This document shows positions 46,365 through 56,327 of a stretch of 64,000 bases of DNA, piece after piece. Positions within the stretch are counted from its first letter, which is position 1; every line of letters starts with the position of its first letter. The translations under genes were made by a program, and so were the position numbers. The notes below the pieces were generated by a model, which was given only the letters and a program-made list of their open reading frames with translations, was not told the origin of the DNA and did not search any database. This DNA comes from Methanobacteriota archaeon (GTDB lineage Archaea > Thermoplasmatota > Poseidoniia > Poseidoniales > Thalassarchaeaceae), in the NCBI GenBank assembly GCA_002708385.1, contig PANM01000013.1, positions 1,411 through 65,410 on the forward strand, given 5' to 3'.

Positions 46365-48637
46365 AATTCTATGTCTCCTTTCTCCTCTGAAATTGAATCT
46401 GTTGAAAATTCGATTTCGGATTTCAATCTGATTCTATCTACAGGATTCTTCCTTTTCCATCCTGTCACAGCAAAGTGTATTTTTCTTCCTGGAGGTATGA
46501 TTTGATTCAATTCCTTAGAACGCAGAAGAGCGCCTGCTGTTAGATTCATAACACGATGATTTCCAGCTACGTATCTCACTCTTCTGGCTACAATTAGTTG
46601 CTCCAGTGGGATTTCTCCACGCTTCATAAGAGAAATTTCATCCTCAAGTCTTTGTGCAGCGATTTCGGGACCAATTCCAAATGGATCATTTGCTAAGTCC
46701 TCTAACATATTCTCCTGTAATTTCCTAATCCAATAACAGGTTGAATGTTGACGCAATTCTATACCTCTGATCTTCCATTCATCACCTATCTTTGCGTAAT
46801 ACTTAGTCAGGGCACCTACGCCTGTAGTTCTGTTCGGGATAAAAGCAATCCAATCATATTCGTATTCCAATTCTAGTGGTATTCCAATTAATGCTTCTAT
46901 TCTTTCTATCAAGCGTTGGTACGATTTGCGCCTTTCTCCTTGACTTCTATCCTCACGGTCTTTAATCCAAATAGCATCAACTATCGCGTGTATACAATCC
47001 CACCCTTCCTTATTTGCTTCTTCAATTGTGGTTAGGAGAATTTCACGAGACCAAGCACAAATTGCTTCGTGACATTCGATACGACCAAATCGGGCATTTC
47101 GATAACCAGTATATCCAAAACAGGTAACTAAAATCCACTTGAGGACGTTTTGCCTTCTGTCCCATGAATCACCTTTTTTTTTCCTTCTCGCTTTCAGAGA
47201 ATTTCTTCTTTCGATTATAGGTGCTACAACCCTTCCTAGGAATCCATGCTTACGAGTGCAAACATGTAATCCGAGTTCGGGCGCAATTAATTTTCTATAT
47301 TCGTCATTTTTTACTCTTTTTTGAATTTCATAAGAAGCGGCTAAAACATCCAGTGGCAATCTACCATCTTTCATCTCGTAATTTCCAAATTTTGGATTAC
47401 AGCATGAGCAATTCATAGTTTCAGGACTTATGTTTCTAGTGGCAATAATACTAGGGAATAAACTTGCAAAATCAAGTTCTATTGCTCCTTCATGAACTCC
47501 AACAATGGGGTCGAGGTACAATCCCCCTCTATCTGCTAAAATTAATTCATCAGCATTTTTCAAATCCTCAGGTCTGTTCTTTTTCCAAGGAATTAGGACA
47601 CCATCTTCCATTGATTGTCTTATTTGCATGGCTGATATTGCGGAACCAGGTGATAGTCTAGACAAATCAGCGGCAGGTAAACCGGAAGTTCTTGCTAATT
47701 CTATTATACCTTCAATACCCCCTTCCTTACCTATGAAGGAACGCTTCATGTCTATGTGCAATCTACCCTCTAGGGGATGATACGCTTCTTTTCTCAAAAG
47801 ACGTCCATAACTCCAATCTACTCTTTCTTTTGTTCGTGGACTACTGTCGCTTCCGTTCCTACTAATGTCGAGATTCATTTCAGATTTTTGAGCCAGACGA
47901 ATCAAAGCGGGAATATCTACACTGTCTCCATCATAGGTTATTACTATATCAGGGTCAATTTCCTTCAATTTTTTTTGAAAATCATTCAACATATGTGCTG
48001 AACATGTATATGCTTCTGAAACTAAATTATAACTGATTTGTTTTTCAGAATTTATAATTCCTCTATCCAATATTTTAATGCTTGAAATTGGAGCGTCAAA
48101 TTTCCTTTTTCCATTTATATCGTAACAATTAACTTTAATCTCTGCTATTCGTAAAGGCGGAAATTGCCAATCTACTTGTTTTCTCGTATCTAAAGAAATT
48201 ATTCGTTTGCCACAAATCCGTACTCTTCCGAATGGATGTGTTTTGAGATCCAACAAAAATCTCTGGGAAATCTTTGGGTCTACAGAAAAAATTTCAAAAT
48301 GTTTCCAAGAACCATTTGCATCAATAATTTCAGCGATTTTTACAATCTTCGATAGTTTTTGCAATTTAACTGCCAAAACTTCAACTTTTCTTTCTGATTC
48401 ATGAGATGTCCGATGTTTTTCTAATTTTAATGAAATTGGACCAAATGGCCTTTGGTATTCCGGTCTTGAAAGAGCGCCAGCCAATTCTCTAAGTCTATGT
48501 GATTCCCCTTGAACGTATATTGTGAAGAACCATGGAATCATGATTTGTCTAATCTCTTCGTCATCCATTTTTATCCAAAGGCACATGCATTCACTTTTGT
48601 TATCTAAATGACAGTCGATTATCCATCCCTCATTCAT
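46250..48637 (-). CDS. polB: Family-B DNA polymerase, divergent (degenerate Exo I/III, KxxxNSxYG and DTD motifs)
   Basis: Motif A DFASLFPSII. Motif B KWILVTCFGYTGY. Motif C region IHAIVDAIWI. Overall colinear with archaeal PolB (e.g. the Pfu-type layout). Confidence 0.85.
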   Translation of the reverse strand: MNEGWIIDCHLDNKSECMCLWIKMDDEEIRQIMIPWFFTIYVQGESHRLRELAGALSRPEYQRPFGPISLKLEKHRTSHESERKVEVLAVKLQKLSKIVKIAEIIDANGSWKHFEIFSVDPKISQRFLLDLKTHPFGRVRICGKRIISLDTRKQVDWQFPPLRIAEIKVNCYDINGKRKFDAPISSIKILDRGIINSEKQISYNLVSEAYTCSAHMLNDFQKKLKEIDPDIVITYDGDSVDIPALIRLAQKSEMNLDISRNGSDSSPRTKERVDWSYGRLLRKEAYHPLEGRLHIDMKRSFIGKEGGIEGIIELARTSGLPAADLSRLSPGSAISAMQIRQSMEDGVLIPWKKNRPEDLKNADELILADRGGLYLDPIVGVHEGAIELDFASLFPSIIATRNISPETMNCSCCNPKFGNYEMKDGRLPLDVLAASYEIQKRVKNDEYRKLIAPELGLHVCTRKHGFLGRVVAPIIERRNSLKARRKKKGDSWDRRQNVLKWILVTCFGYTGYRNARFGRIECHEAICAWSREILLTTIEEANKEGWDCIHAIVDAIWIKDREDRSQGERRKSYQRLIERIEALIGIPLELEYEYDWIAFIPNRTTGVGALTKYYAKIGDEWKIRGIELRQHSTCYWIRKLQENMLEDLANDPFGIGPEIAAQRLEDEISLMKRGEIPLEQLIVARRVRYVAGNHRVMNLTAGALLRSKELNQIIPPGRKIHFAVTGWKRKNPVDRIRLKSEIEFSTDSISEEKGDIEFYTRLAVRAATAILSPFGWSEELLANGSMRQSSLDSWL

Positions 48638-48887
48638 CCCCTAACCTCTCAATTTGTTTTTCAATTTGCGAAATTCTTTCATATACCTCAACTAACATTG
48701 AAAGTAGGATTGGTTCGATTGGATCTACGTTTGGAATCATGCCACAAGCAGCGGCTCTAGATCTTGTAGCGCTAATCATCGATTCGTAAGCCAAACGATC
48801 TTGCGGTCTCAGAGTTCTATAGAATCGCCTCCACTCTTCTATTCGAGACTCTCCTCTCATTCTCCAAGTTGCGACTGTCCTACCCAT
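48630..48887 (-). CDS. Small hypothetical protein (85 aa), translationally coupled to polB
   Basis: Its 3' end overlaps the polB start by 8 nt. Helical, with no recognisable motif. Confidence 0.45.
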   Translation of the reverse strand: MGRTVATWRMRGESRIEEWRRFYRTLRPQDRLAYESMISATRSRAAACGMIPNVDPIEPILLSMLVEVYERISQIEKQIERLGDE

Positions 48888-48968
48888 GGATTTGTCTGGC
48901 GAATAAACCGCTTCACTTTCTTTTTGAAGACAGAGAGTTATTTCAGCAAGTAAAAGTGAAACAGAATA

Positions 48969-49967
48969 TCATCGTTTACTTGGGTTTGTCCAACGTGAAT
49001 CCGCAGGAGGTCTTGTTATTGCGAGGTAATTCCAAGAGCCTTCATTATTTACAGGATATAACCAAATTTTGTTAACACCTGAAGCCAACCTAGATGCTAG
49101 GCAGGCACCAGCCCAGTTCTTTGGCGCCTCATCTGGTAAAACTACTAGGTATGGGGCGTGGTCCTCTCCTATGCGCTTTTCATAACATCTCCATTTGGAA
49201 CCATACTTGAATCCAGGTCTAATCACAAGACCTCTATCTAGTAAATCTAAGAGAATTAAAGCACCCTGGCTGAGAGGTGATTTCCCATCTACAATTTCAC
49301 TAGCTATCGAATCCAAAAAAATACCTTCTTCAGTAGGTATGCCTAATTGTTCTATTTCCCAATTTTCAGAGGGGAAAATCATACCTTCCGCAGAGTTAAT
49401 TCCATCAGATAAATTTGGTAATTTTTGATTTAATTCTTCCTCTTTGAATATACCTTTGGGGGATTCAGAAGATAATTGGTAGCTAACGACACTAAGTTCT
49501 TCATCTACTATCATTACCTCAGGAATTCGGTTTGAGTTTCTTACTTCTACAGCCCAATTATGTAATTCAGATGGGCTGAGCTTTTCTGAATCTAAAAACC
49601 ATCTTACTTCAGAAGTTGGTTCAGAATTTTTTGGGTGAGCATCCGATGGCCACCTACATGCCCATGTTTGAGCTTGATAATCTAAATCAAAAAGTTCTAG
49701 ATTTCCAGTAAGTACAACCTTATTTCCTGGAACTCTCAATGCTTCAAGAATACAATACTCTTGTAATAGCATACCGTTCATGGACAGAGCATCTGTTTTC
49801 CAATCATTATGTGGCAATTCTAAATTACGGTGATGGTGAACAAAAAGTGCCTCAGCAGGCGATAAAGACAGGTTTCCATTTTCCAAAAGTCTCCCAATTA
49901 CTGACTTTTGCCAAAGCCTTTGTGAGGCGGGGCCATCATATTCCCAAAGCTCAGGATTGCCGCCCAT
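48969..49967 (-). CDS. endA: tRNA-splicing endonuclease, two-repeat (alpha2-type) form
   Basis: C-terminal catalytic unit GFKYGSKWRCYEK...DHAPYLVV...SGVNKIWL (Y/H/K triad context), preceded by a degenerate N-terminal repeat. Confidence 0.75.
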   Translation of the reverse strand: MGGNPELWEYDGPASQRLWQKSVIGRLLENGNLSLSPAEALFVHHHRNLELPHNDWKTDALSMNGMLLQEYCILEALRVPGNKVVLTGNLELFDLDYQAQTWACRWPSDAHPKNSEPTSEVRWFLDSEKLSPSELHNWAVEVRNSNRIPEVMIVDEELSVVSYQLSSESPKGIFKEEELNQKLPNLSDGINSAEGMIFPSENWEIEQLGIPTEEGIFLDSIASEIVDGKSPLSQGALILLDLLDRGLVIRPGFKYGSKWRCYEKRIGEDHAPYLVVLPDEAPKNWAGACLASRLASGVNKIWLYPVNNEGSWNYLAITRPPADSRWTNPSKR

Positions 49968-50063
49968 ATCGCTCCGAAACTAGTGCTTCGCTTGAGTTCG
50001 TCGGTTAATTGATGGTTGTTTCTTAGCCCCAAAACTCATTCATCTCCTCATCTTCGAAGTAGC

Positions 50064-51122
50064 ATGGCGATTGACGAAGACACAGTGTCCCGTACCGAAG
50101 CTCTACTACGTTTACGCTCAACTTTGGATGAAATGAAAGGGTCCCAAGTAACTTTACTTGGAGATGTAATGTTAGATAGATACCACCATGGTTATGCAAA
50201 TAATTTGAATTCTATTGCTCCGGTCCCCGTCCTAAAAATATTCCAAACCGATGAAAGTCCCGGAGCTGCTGCACATATTGCTAGAGGATTAAATTCCATA
50301 GGTTTAGACGTAGATTTTCACACCTATGTTGGCGATGATAGAGAAGGGGAAACAATTCGGAATATGCTAGACCATGACGGTATCTCAATTGAGGGAATAC
50401 AATCGATAGAAAATCGACACACATTGGTCAAAATTCGATTTTTTGGAAGCAGAGAGAGTTTACTGGATGAGAGTCAAATTTTGTTACAAGCAGACAGAGG
50501 GCCACTAGAACAAATTGACAGTAATATTTCCGATAAGCTAACAAATAACGCTATGAAAGCATTAGAGAAAAGTTGTGCTTTAGTCATATCTGATTATGAC
50601 AATGGTTCGGTTAGAGTTTCGAGTGCCTCGACTCTTATTGCCGAGGCCTCAAGAAACAATATTCCAGTTATTGTAGACCCGAAGTTAACTGGCCTAGAAA
50701 GGTCTAGAGGGGCAACAGTTGTTCTTGTTGAAATGAGAGGCATGGAACTCATGCGACGAAGATTGGAATCATCGGATGCGGCTAGCGCAGCATCAGAATT
50801 AATCGATACATATGATTGGAATGCCTTAGTTGTATTAGGTGGGATTAATGGAGTAACACTGTATCAATCAGAAGGTGAAACAATCCATTTTGATTGTTAT
50901 GCTTCAGCTCCTAAGCAACAAATTGGGCTCCATGATGCTGCCGCCACAGCTCTTGCTGTTGCGTTAGGTAATGGTTTACCAATGGAAGATGCAGGATTGT
51001 TAGCTGCTGCGGCCTGTGATTGCATTTTAACCGCTAAAGCAAGCCAAGAATTTGTGGATCTCGATACACTCGGTACATGGCTGGATGAATTGGTTTGGCA
51101 AATGCAAATTTCAGAGAGATAA
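50064..51122 (+). CDS. PfkB-family carbohydrate kinase (RfaE/HldE domain I-like)
   Basis: VTLLGDVMLDRYHHG...PVPVL....SPGAAAHIARGL. C-terminal DAAATALAVAL-type motif. The ORF opens at 50016. Confidence 0.7.
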   Translation: MAIDEDTVSRTEALLRLRSTLDEMKGSQVTLLGDVMLDRYHHGYANNLNSIAPVPVLKIFQTDESPGAAAHIARGLNSIGLDVDFHTYVGDDREGETIRNMLDHDGISIEGIQSIENRHTLVKIRFFGSRESLLDESQILLQADRGPLEQIDSNISDKLTNNAMKALEKSCALVISDYDNGSVRVSSASTLIAEASRNNIPVIVDPKLTGLERSRGATVVLVEMRGMELMRRRLESSDAASAASELIDTYDWNALVVLGGINGVTLYQSEGETIHFDCYASAPKQQIGLHDAAATALAVALGNGLPMEDAGLLAAAACDCILTAKASQEFVDLDTLGTWLDELVWQMQISER

Positions 51123-51174
51123 TTGGGTCATATATCCATGAGGTTCAATACTGAAAGACTTATCCAAACTCATA

Positions 51175-52653
51175 ATGAATAGACGCTGGATAGTCTTAAT
51201 TCCGGCTTTGGCATTGACATTACTGCTTTCTACCACTGTTCAGGCAGATGATAGTGACCCAGCACTCATTAGTATAAATGTTGAAAATGGCGCGTATACT
51301 AATGACACTATTATTTTCTCAGGTATAATAGAAGATGATATCAAACCGACTCAATCCTTTTGGAGAGTTAGTAAAGATGGAACTACATTTGGAGGTGGTG
51401 AACTTTATGAAAATCTTGAAGAAATTTCTTCTACTAGTAATCGAAATCAGTGGAAATGGTCATTCAGTTTATCAATTTCTGAAACTGGCGAATGTGCTTG
51501 TTACGTCAGTATCCATACAATTGATGAAAATTCTAACGAAGTAATAGAACAAAGAGTAATTTTCATGGTCTCAGAAAATACATCGGGTCTAATTGGGTTT
51601 ATACTAGAAGAAGATATTTCCGGTAATTTTATCGATTCTAGTATGGATTTCAAAGGTTGGGTGGGAAGCTATCCAGAAGGTAGTGTAACGATTGAAATTG
51701 TCACTTCAATTACTCAGGGTTTAATTGAAGCATCACGATTTCCTCAACCTTCGACTTGTACACCCACTTCAATTACAGCTGATACGGAAACTTTTACTAA
51801 TGGCGAATTTGAATTTGAATTTGATATCTCCTCTAAACTAGATGGTTGGCTAAAGATAGATTTGATATCGTGCTCTTCTAGTCTATCTTTTTTGGAAGGT
51901 TCAATCTACGAATTCTCTTTCCGTGTAAATAACGAACCGCCGTCAGTAAAAATTTCTGGCATTGATTTTGCAATTGAAGATGATACTTGGCATATATTCG
52001 ATGCTTCATTGACCGAAGATCCATATTGGGGTAGAACCGATATGTATTATGTTTGGACATTATACCGTACATCGCATTCGGGTTTTTCTCCTATTGATAT
52101 AAAGATGGGTGATGACATAACTAGTTACTCAATTTCAGGTGAAAAATCTGGGAATTATTCACTTAGTTTAACTGTCTATGATAAAGGAGGTCAATTTTCG
52201 GAGAGGATAGTCAATTTTGATATTGCAAATACAGTTCCTATTATTTTGTTAGAAATTGATGGAGAATCGGTAACAAATGGTCAAGAAATTAAGTTAACTA
52301 ACCCATCAGACACTATATTGGATGCAACAGGAAGTTCTGATTCAGTAAATGATAAACCTGGGTTGCGATGTGTTTGGTTGTTAGATAATGTTCCTCTATA
52401 TGAAGGCTGTAATCGCTCTTTTTCTTGGGATGAATATCAAGGCGAAGATTATCGGGCGGAACTAACACTTGAAGTGATAGATGATGACGGGGAATACTCA
52501 ACAATGAATGTGATACTAATCCATCCCAACGAAGTTCAAGCCTTGCCAATAGTTTTGATTGTACCAGCAATAAGCCTAATTTTCCTCATTTATGCCACTA
52601 TTAATCGATTTAAGTCCAACAATGAACTAGAAATCCCTAAATGGAAATCTTGA
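51175..52653 (+). CDS. Surface protein with Ig/PKD-like repeats and a C-terminal TM anchor
   Basis: Signal peptide, beta-rich repeats (e.g. WTLYRTSHSG.., YSLSLTVYDKGGQFS) and the helix ALPIVLIVPAISLIFLIYA. Confidence 0.6.
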   Translation: MNRRWIVLIPALALTLLLSTTVQADDSDPALISINVENGAYTNDTIIFSGIIEDDIKPTQSFWRVSKDGTTFGGGELYENLEEISSTSNRNQWKWSFSLSISETGECACYVSIHTIDENSNEVIEQRVIFMVSENTSGLIGFILEEDISGNFIDSSMDFKGWVGSYPEGSVTIEIVTSITQGLIEASRFPQPSTCTPTSITADTETFTNGEFEFEFDISSKLDGWLKIDLISCSSSLSFLEGSIYEFSFRVNNEPPSVKISGIDFAIEDDTWHIFDASLTEDPYWGRTDMYYVWTLYRTSHSGFSPIDIKMGDDITSYSISGEKSGNYSLSLTVYDKGGQFSERIVNFDIANTVPIILLEIDGESVTNGQEIKLTNPSDTILDATGSSDSVNDKPGLRCVWLLDNVPLYEGCNRSFSWDEYQGEDYRAELTLEVIDDDGEYSTMNVILIHPNEVQALPIVLIVPAISLIFLIYATINRFKSNNELEIPKWKS

Positions 52654-52719
52654 AATTTATATCATTTTGTTATTCTTCCCATACCACAGAAATAAGAATA
52701 GGTTCCACGTCCGACAGAC

Positions 52720-54075
52720 ATGGGTGGTGTGACTAAACTACCATTTGAGGTGGCGGAGTATAAGGCACGTCAGCATCGTTTCCTATCTCAGATTGCTAAA
52801 GATTGCTTGGTCCTTATTCCAACCAATCCTCTTGCTGTTCGTTCTAACGATGTGCACTATCCATACAGGGCTAGTTCCTACATGTTGTACCTCTGTGGTT
52901 GGAGTGACCCTGGTTCAGTCTTCATGGCCCAACACGATGGAGAAGAATGGAAAGTCAGTCTTTTTGTCCAGCCTAAAGATACTACAGCCGAAATTTGGGA
53001 AGGGAGACGGATTGGAGTTGATGGGGCTGCTAAAGGCTGGCCAATTGATCACGCAAATTCTTTGTCAGACATAGAGGAAATCATAGAAAAATCACTTAGG
53101 GATTCTAATGGGGTTTATCTTATCCAAAAATCAAATCAACAAATTGATGAAATTGTTAATCGCTCATTAACTTCAAAGAGCCGACAAAGGAATACTCATG
53201 GAATGGGGCCTACCAGTATTGTAGATCCTTCGCCAATTTTAGACGAAATGAGAATATGTAAATCACCATCTGAGATAGAAATCATGAAAAAATCTGCTGA
53301 ATTGGCAGCCGAAGCACATTCAATAGCGATGGAAAAAACTCACTCTCAGATTGGAGAATGGGAAATTCAATCTATAATTGAAGGACACTTTCAATCCAAA
53401 GGTTCACAATGGAGTTATCCTTCAATTGTGGGAGGTGGAGATAATGCAACAATTTTGCACTATCATGCAAATAATAAACCTGTCAAAGATGGAGATTTAA
53501 TACTGGTTGATGCTGGTTGTGAGATAGATGGTTATGCTTCTGATATTACTCGAACATGGCCAGCTAATGGTAAATTTACTGAAGCGCAGAAAGAAATATA
53601 CAATTTAGTCCTTAAAGCCGAAATTGCAGCTATCGAAGCCTGCCAAATAGGGTCTCCTTGGAATTCTTCACACAAAGCTAGTATGGAAGTAATTTCAAGA
53701 GGATTGATTGATTTAGGCATACTTGATTGTACTTTTGAAGAAGCTATGGGTGATGATTTAGATGGAAAAACCAGACAATTTTTCATGCATGGTACTAGCC
53801 ATTCTCTAGGCTTAGATGTACATGATGTTGGAGTTACTAGGCCCGATGGTAAGGGTGATGGAAGGTTATTGGAACAAGGAATGGTACTTACCGTGGAACC
53901 TGGTTTATATTTTGGTTCTTGGAGAGAAGATATCACTATCCCTGAAAAATACTCGGGGGTCGGGGTTCGAATAGAAGATAATGTGGTAATCACGAGAGAA
54001 GGGCCTGTTGTCCTAACATCAAATTGTCCTAAACAAATTTCAGAAATTGAATCATTGGTTGGTTCAGGGGTTTGA
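52720..54075 (+). CDS. pepP: Xaa-Pro aminopeptidase (M24B)
   Basis: AMP_N-like N-terminal part. HYHANN....GDLILVDAGCEIDGYASDITRTWP, HGTSHSLGLDVHD, VEPGLY, IEDNV metal-ligand blocks. Confidence 0.88.
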   Translation: MGGVTKLPFEVAEYKARQHRFLSQIAKDCLVLIPTNPLAVRSNDVHYPYRASSYMLYLCGWSDPGSVFMAQHDGEEWKVSLFVQPKDTTAEIWEGRRIGVDGAAKGWPIDHANSLSDIEEIIEKSLRDSNGVYLIQKSNQQIDEIVNRSLTSKSRQRNTHGMGPTSIVDPSPILDEMRICKSPSEIEIMKKSAELAAEAHSIAMEKTHSQIGEWEIQSIIEGHFQSKGSQWSYPSIVGGGDNATILHYHANNKPVKDGDLILVDAGCEIDGYASDITRTWPANGKFTEAQKEIYNLVLKAEIAAIEACQIGSPWNSSHKASMEVISRGLIDLGILDCTFEEAMGDDLDGKTRQFFMHGTSHSLGLDVHDVGVTRPDGKGDGRLLEQGMVLTVEPGLYFGSWREDITIPEKYSGVGVRIEDNVVITREGPVVLTSNCPKQISEIESLVGSGV

Positions 54076-55249
54076 TAAATTGGCCGATTGGCGAGAGATT
54101 CTTGAAGGGCAACTACTGCCCAATCCACCAAGATTAACTGTTGAAGAAGCTACTATTCTGTATGATGAAGCAGACCAGAATGAATTATTGCATACTGGTC
54201 TACAAATGCGTAGATTGCGCGTACCAGGGAACAAAGTTACGTATCTTGTTGATAGAAATGTAAACTACACTAATGTGTGCACAATAAATTGTCAATTTTG
54301 TTCATTTTATAGACCACCTGGGCATCAAGAGTCCTACACTCAATCTATTGAACAAATTAGTGCGAGATTTTCTGAATTAGAAGATATCGGAGGCTCGAGA
54401 GTCTTGATGCAGGGGGGAGTTAATCCCGATTTACCACTTGACTGGTATACAGATTTAATTTCAGAACTCAGAATCAGACATCCTTCTATTGATTTAGATT
54501 GCTTTTCACCTATCGAAATTGAAGGTATAGCTGATGTTTGTCAATCTACTACCAAAGAGGTCCTTCTTAGATTAAAGAATGCAGGAATGCATGGTTTGCC
54601 CGGCGGAGGAGCAGAAATGCTTGTTGATGATGTACGTTTAGATGTCTCACCCAAAAAAGGCAGTGCAGATAATTGGTTGAGGGTAATGGATGAAGCACAA
54701 CAAATTGGTTTAACAACTTCTGCAACCAATGTAATTGGTTTTGGTGAAAGTAATGAGCATCGCGTAAAGCACATGGAAAAAATTAGAGAATTGCAAGACA
54801 AAAATCTAGCACAAGGAATTCGAGGGTTCACATCATTTATTGCATGGCCGGTACAATTGGAAAACAATACATTTGGAAAACGAAATAAGGGAAAAAATAA
54901 GATCCAATTGGGTGCTGGTGCTTACGATTATCTTCGTCATGTAGCGATTTCAAGGCTATTTTTCGACAATATTCAACACATACAGGCATCATGGCCAACG
55001 ATGGGAATGGGTATAGCACAATTAGCATTATTTGCCGGTGCGGATGATGCAGGTTCGACAATGATGGAGGAAAATGTAGTATCAGCTTCAGGCACCACAA
55101 AAACTCTTGCGGGTGAAGATGAATTACAACTTACAATCTTAAGGGCTGGTTTTATTCCACAGAAAAGGGATTCAAATTACTTGTATCTAGATACGAAAAT
55201 TCTACATGAAAAAGTCTTACCATGCCCGCCTCCTTTGCAACCTGCATAA
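54047..55249 (+). CDS. Radical SAM enzyme of the MqnC/MqnE/CofH family (probably futalosine-pathway menaquinone synthesis)
   Basis: NYTNVCTINCQFCSFYR CxxxCxxC motif; QGGVNPDLPLDWY; GGGAEML. Start uncertain: TTG at 54047, or TTG at 54080 just after the pepP stop. Confidence 0.75.
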   Translation: MNHWLVQGFDKLADWREILEGQLLPNPPRLTVEEATILYDEADQNELLHTGLQMRRLRVPGNKVTYLVDRNVNYTNVCTINCQFCSFYRPPGHQESYTQSIEQISARFSELEDIGGSRVLMQGGVNPDLPLDWYTDLISELRIRHPSIDLDCFSPIEIEGIADVCQSTTKEVLLRLKNAGMHGLPGGGAEMLVDDVRLDVSPKKGSADNWLRVMDEAQQIGLTTSATNVIGFGESNEHRVKHMEKIRELQDKNLAQGIRGFTSFIAWPVQLENNTFGKRNKGKNKIQLGAGAYDYLRHVAISRLFFDNIQHIQASWPTMGMGIAQLALFAGADDAGSTMMEENVVSASGTTKTLAGEDELQLTILRAGFIPQKRDSNYLYLDTKILHEKVLPCPPPLQPA

Positions 55250-56323
55250 TCAATCCTTTGACTCTTCAGAACGGGCTGCTCGTAATGGCATTACACCTAT
55301 TTCCACAGGTTCTTCTGTTTGAGGGTAAATCAATGGTTTAACCCATCTTAATCTCATACCATTCCAAGTTACATGGATATGCAATTCCCAATGTAATGCA
55401 ATAACCGAGGAGTAAATTGAACCCGGCCATTTTTCTTTCGGTCCATTCAAAGTAATTGGTAAATTGGTTTCAGAATTATATTCCCCCCTTGCCCTAACTC
55501 TCATGGGTTCCAATAATAGTATTCGTGTGTAATCAACCGCTAATGGAGTGGATTCTCCAACACCAGTTCCATGTTCCTCTCCCCCTGTCAATCTCTTTTC
55601 AGGTAATGGAGTAGACATACCTGGAGGTGGTTGGCCGATTTCTTTCCTATTGGAAGATTGAAGCATGGTATTTCGTTCTGGTATTGCAATTCCAACCTGA
55701 ATTCTTGAACCAATTAGATTTACTTTATCTGGTAAGGATAATTTTGTAATTTTGACACATCCATCACCTATTTCAACATCGATTTCAGGTTCAGAGATTG
55801 GAGATTGAATGTATAGGTTTTGACGATTGATATCTCGAGTATTTGCAAATATCCTGATAATTATTGGTAAAACAAAAATTGGAAATGTTAGTAATAATAA
55901 TTTGGGATAATCTAACGGTCCAATTTGGTAAGATCCTTGTGTAATCCAAGAAAGTACTGGAGTATTATCCAAAGCCGGAGCAATTGCGTGTAAAAATAAT
56001 GAGAAAATTAGTAGAATTACTGTTGGGGCAATTAATTTCCTTGCCAATGCATGCAATGGATCTGGTTCAATATACCAACCATTTCTCGTCCTCATTAGAA
56101 ATGGCAGTGTTGCTGTTGTAGTTACGGATTGTATTCTTGGTAAATTATTATCATTTTCAGTTACCCCCCGCCATTCAACAAACCATCCTGACTCCGATCC
56201 AATTCTAAATGGAGTGGGCGGTGGGGAATCAGATTCTAGAAGGACTTCTGTTATTGGTAAAGAATTAGGGTCAATATTAGCATGGTCAAATGGCGGATAT
56301 CTAATTCTCTGAACAGATTCCAT
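55250..56323 (-). CDS. Hypothetical membrane protein (357 aa)
   Basis: Two to three central helices and a beta-rich C-terminal domain. 4-nt gap to the upstream reductase gene. Confidence 0.5.
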   Translation of the reverse strand: MESVQRIRYPPFDHANIDPNSLPITEVLLESDSPPPTPFRIGSESGWFVEWRGVTENDNNLPRIQSVTTTATLPFLMRTRNGWYIEPDPLHALARKLIAPTVILLIFSLFLHAIAPALDNTPVLSWITQGSYQIGPLDYPKLLLLTFPIFVLPIIIRIFANTRDINRQNLYIQSPISEPEIDVEIGDGCVKITKLSLPDKVNLIGSRIQVGIAIPERNTMLQSSNRKEIGQPPPGMSTPLPEKRLTGGEEHGTGVGESTPLAVDYTRILLLEPMRVRARGEYNSETNLPITLNGPKEKWPGSIYSSVIALHWELHIHVTWNGMRLRWVKPLIYPQTEEPVEIGVMPLRAARSEESKD

Positions 56324-56327
56324 TTTG

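Noticed and set aside
53532-54131. 199-aa antisense ORF inside pepP. Also similar long antisense ORFs at 56695-57225 (in GGR), 6559-7038 (in rpoA2), 42668-43156 (in the tatC-like gene), 36798-37247 (in mdh) and 39784-40212 (in pntB)
   Set aside because: Each lies opposite a gene with strong family motifs and has low-complexity or Ser/Pro/Ile-rich translation typical of shadow ORFs.
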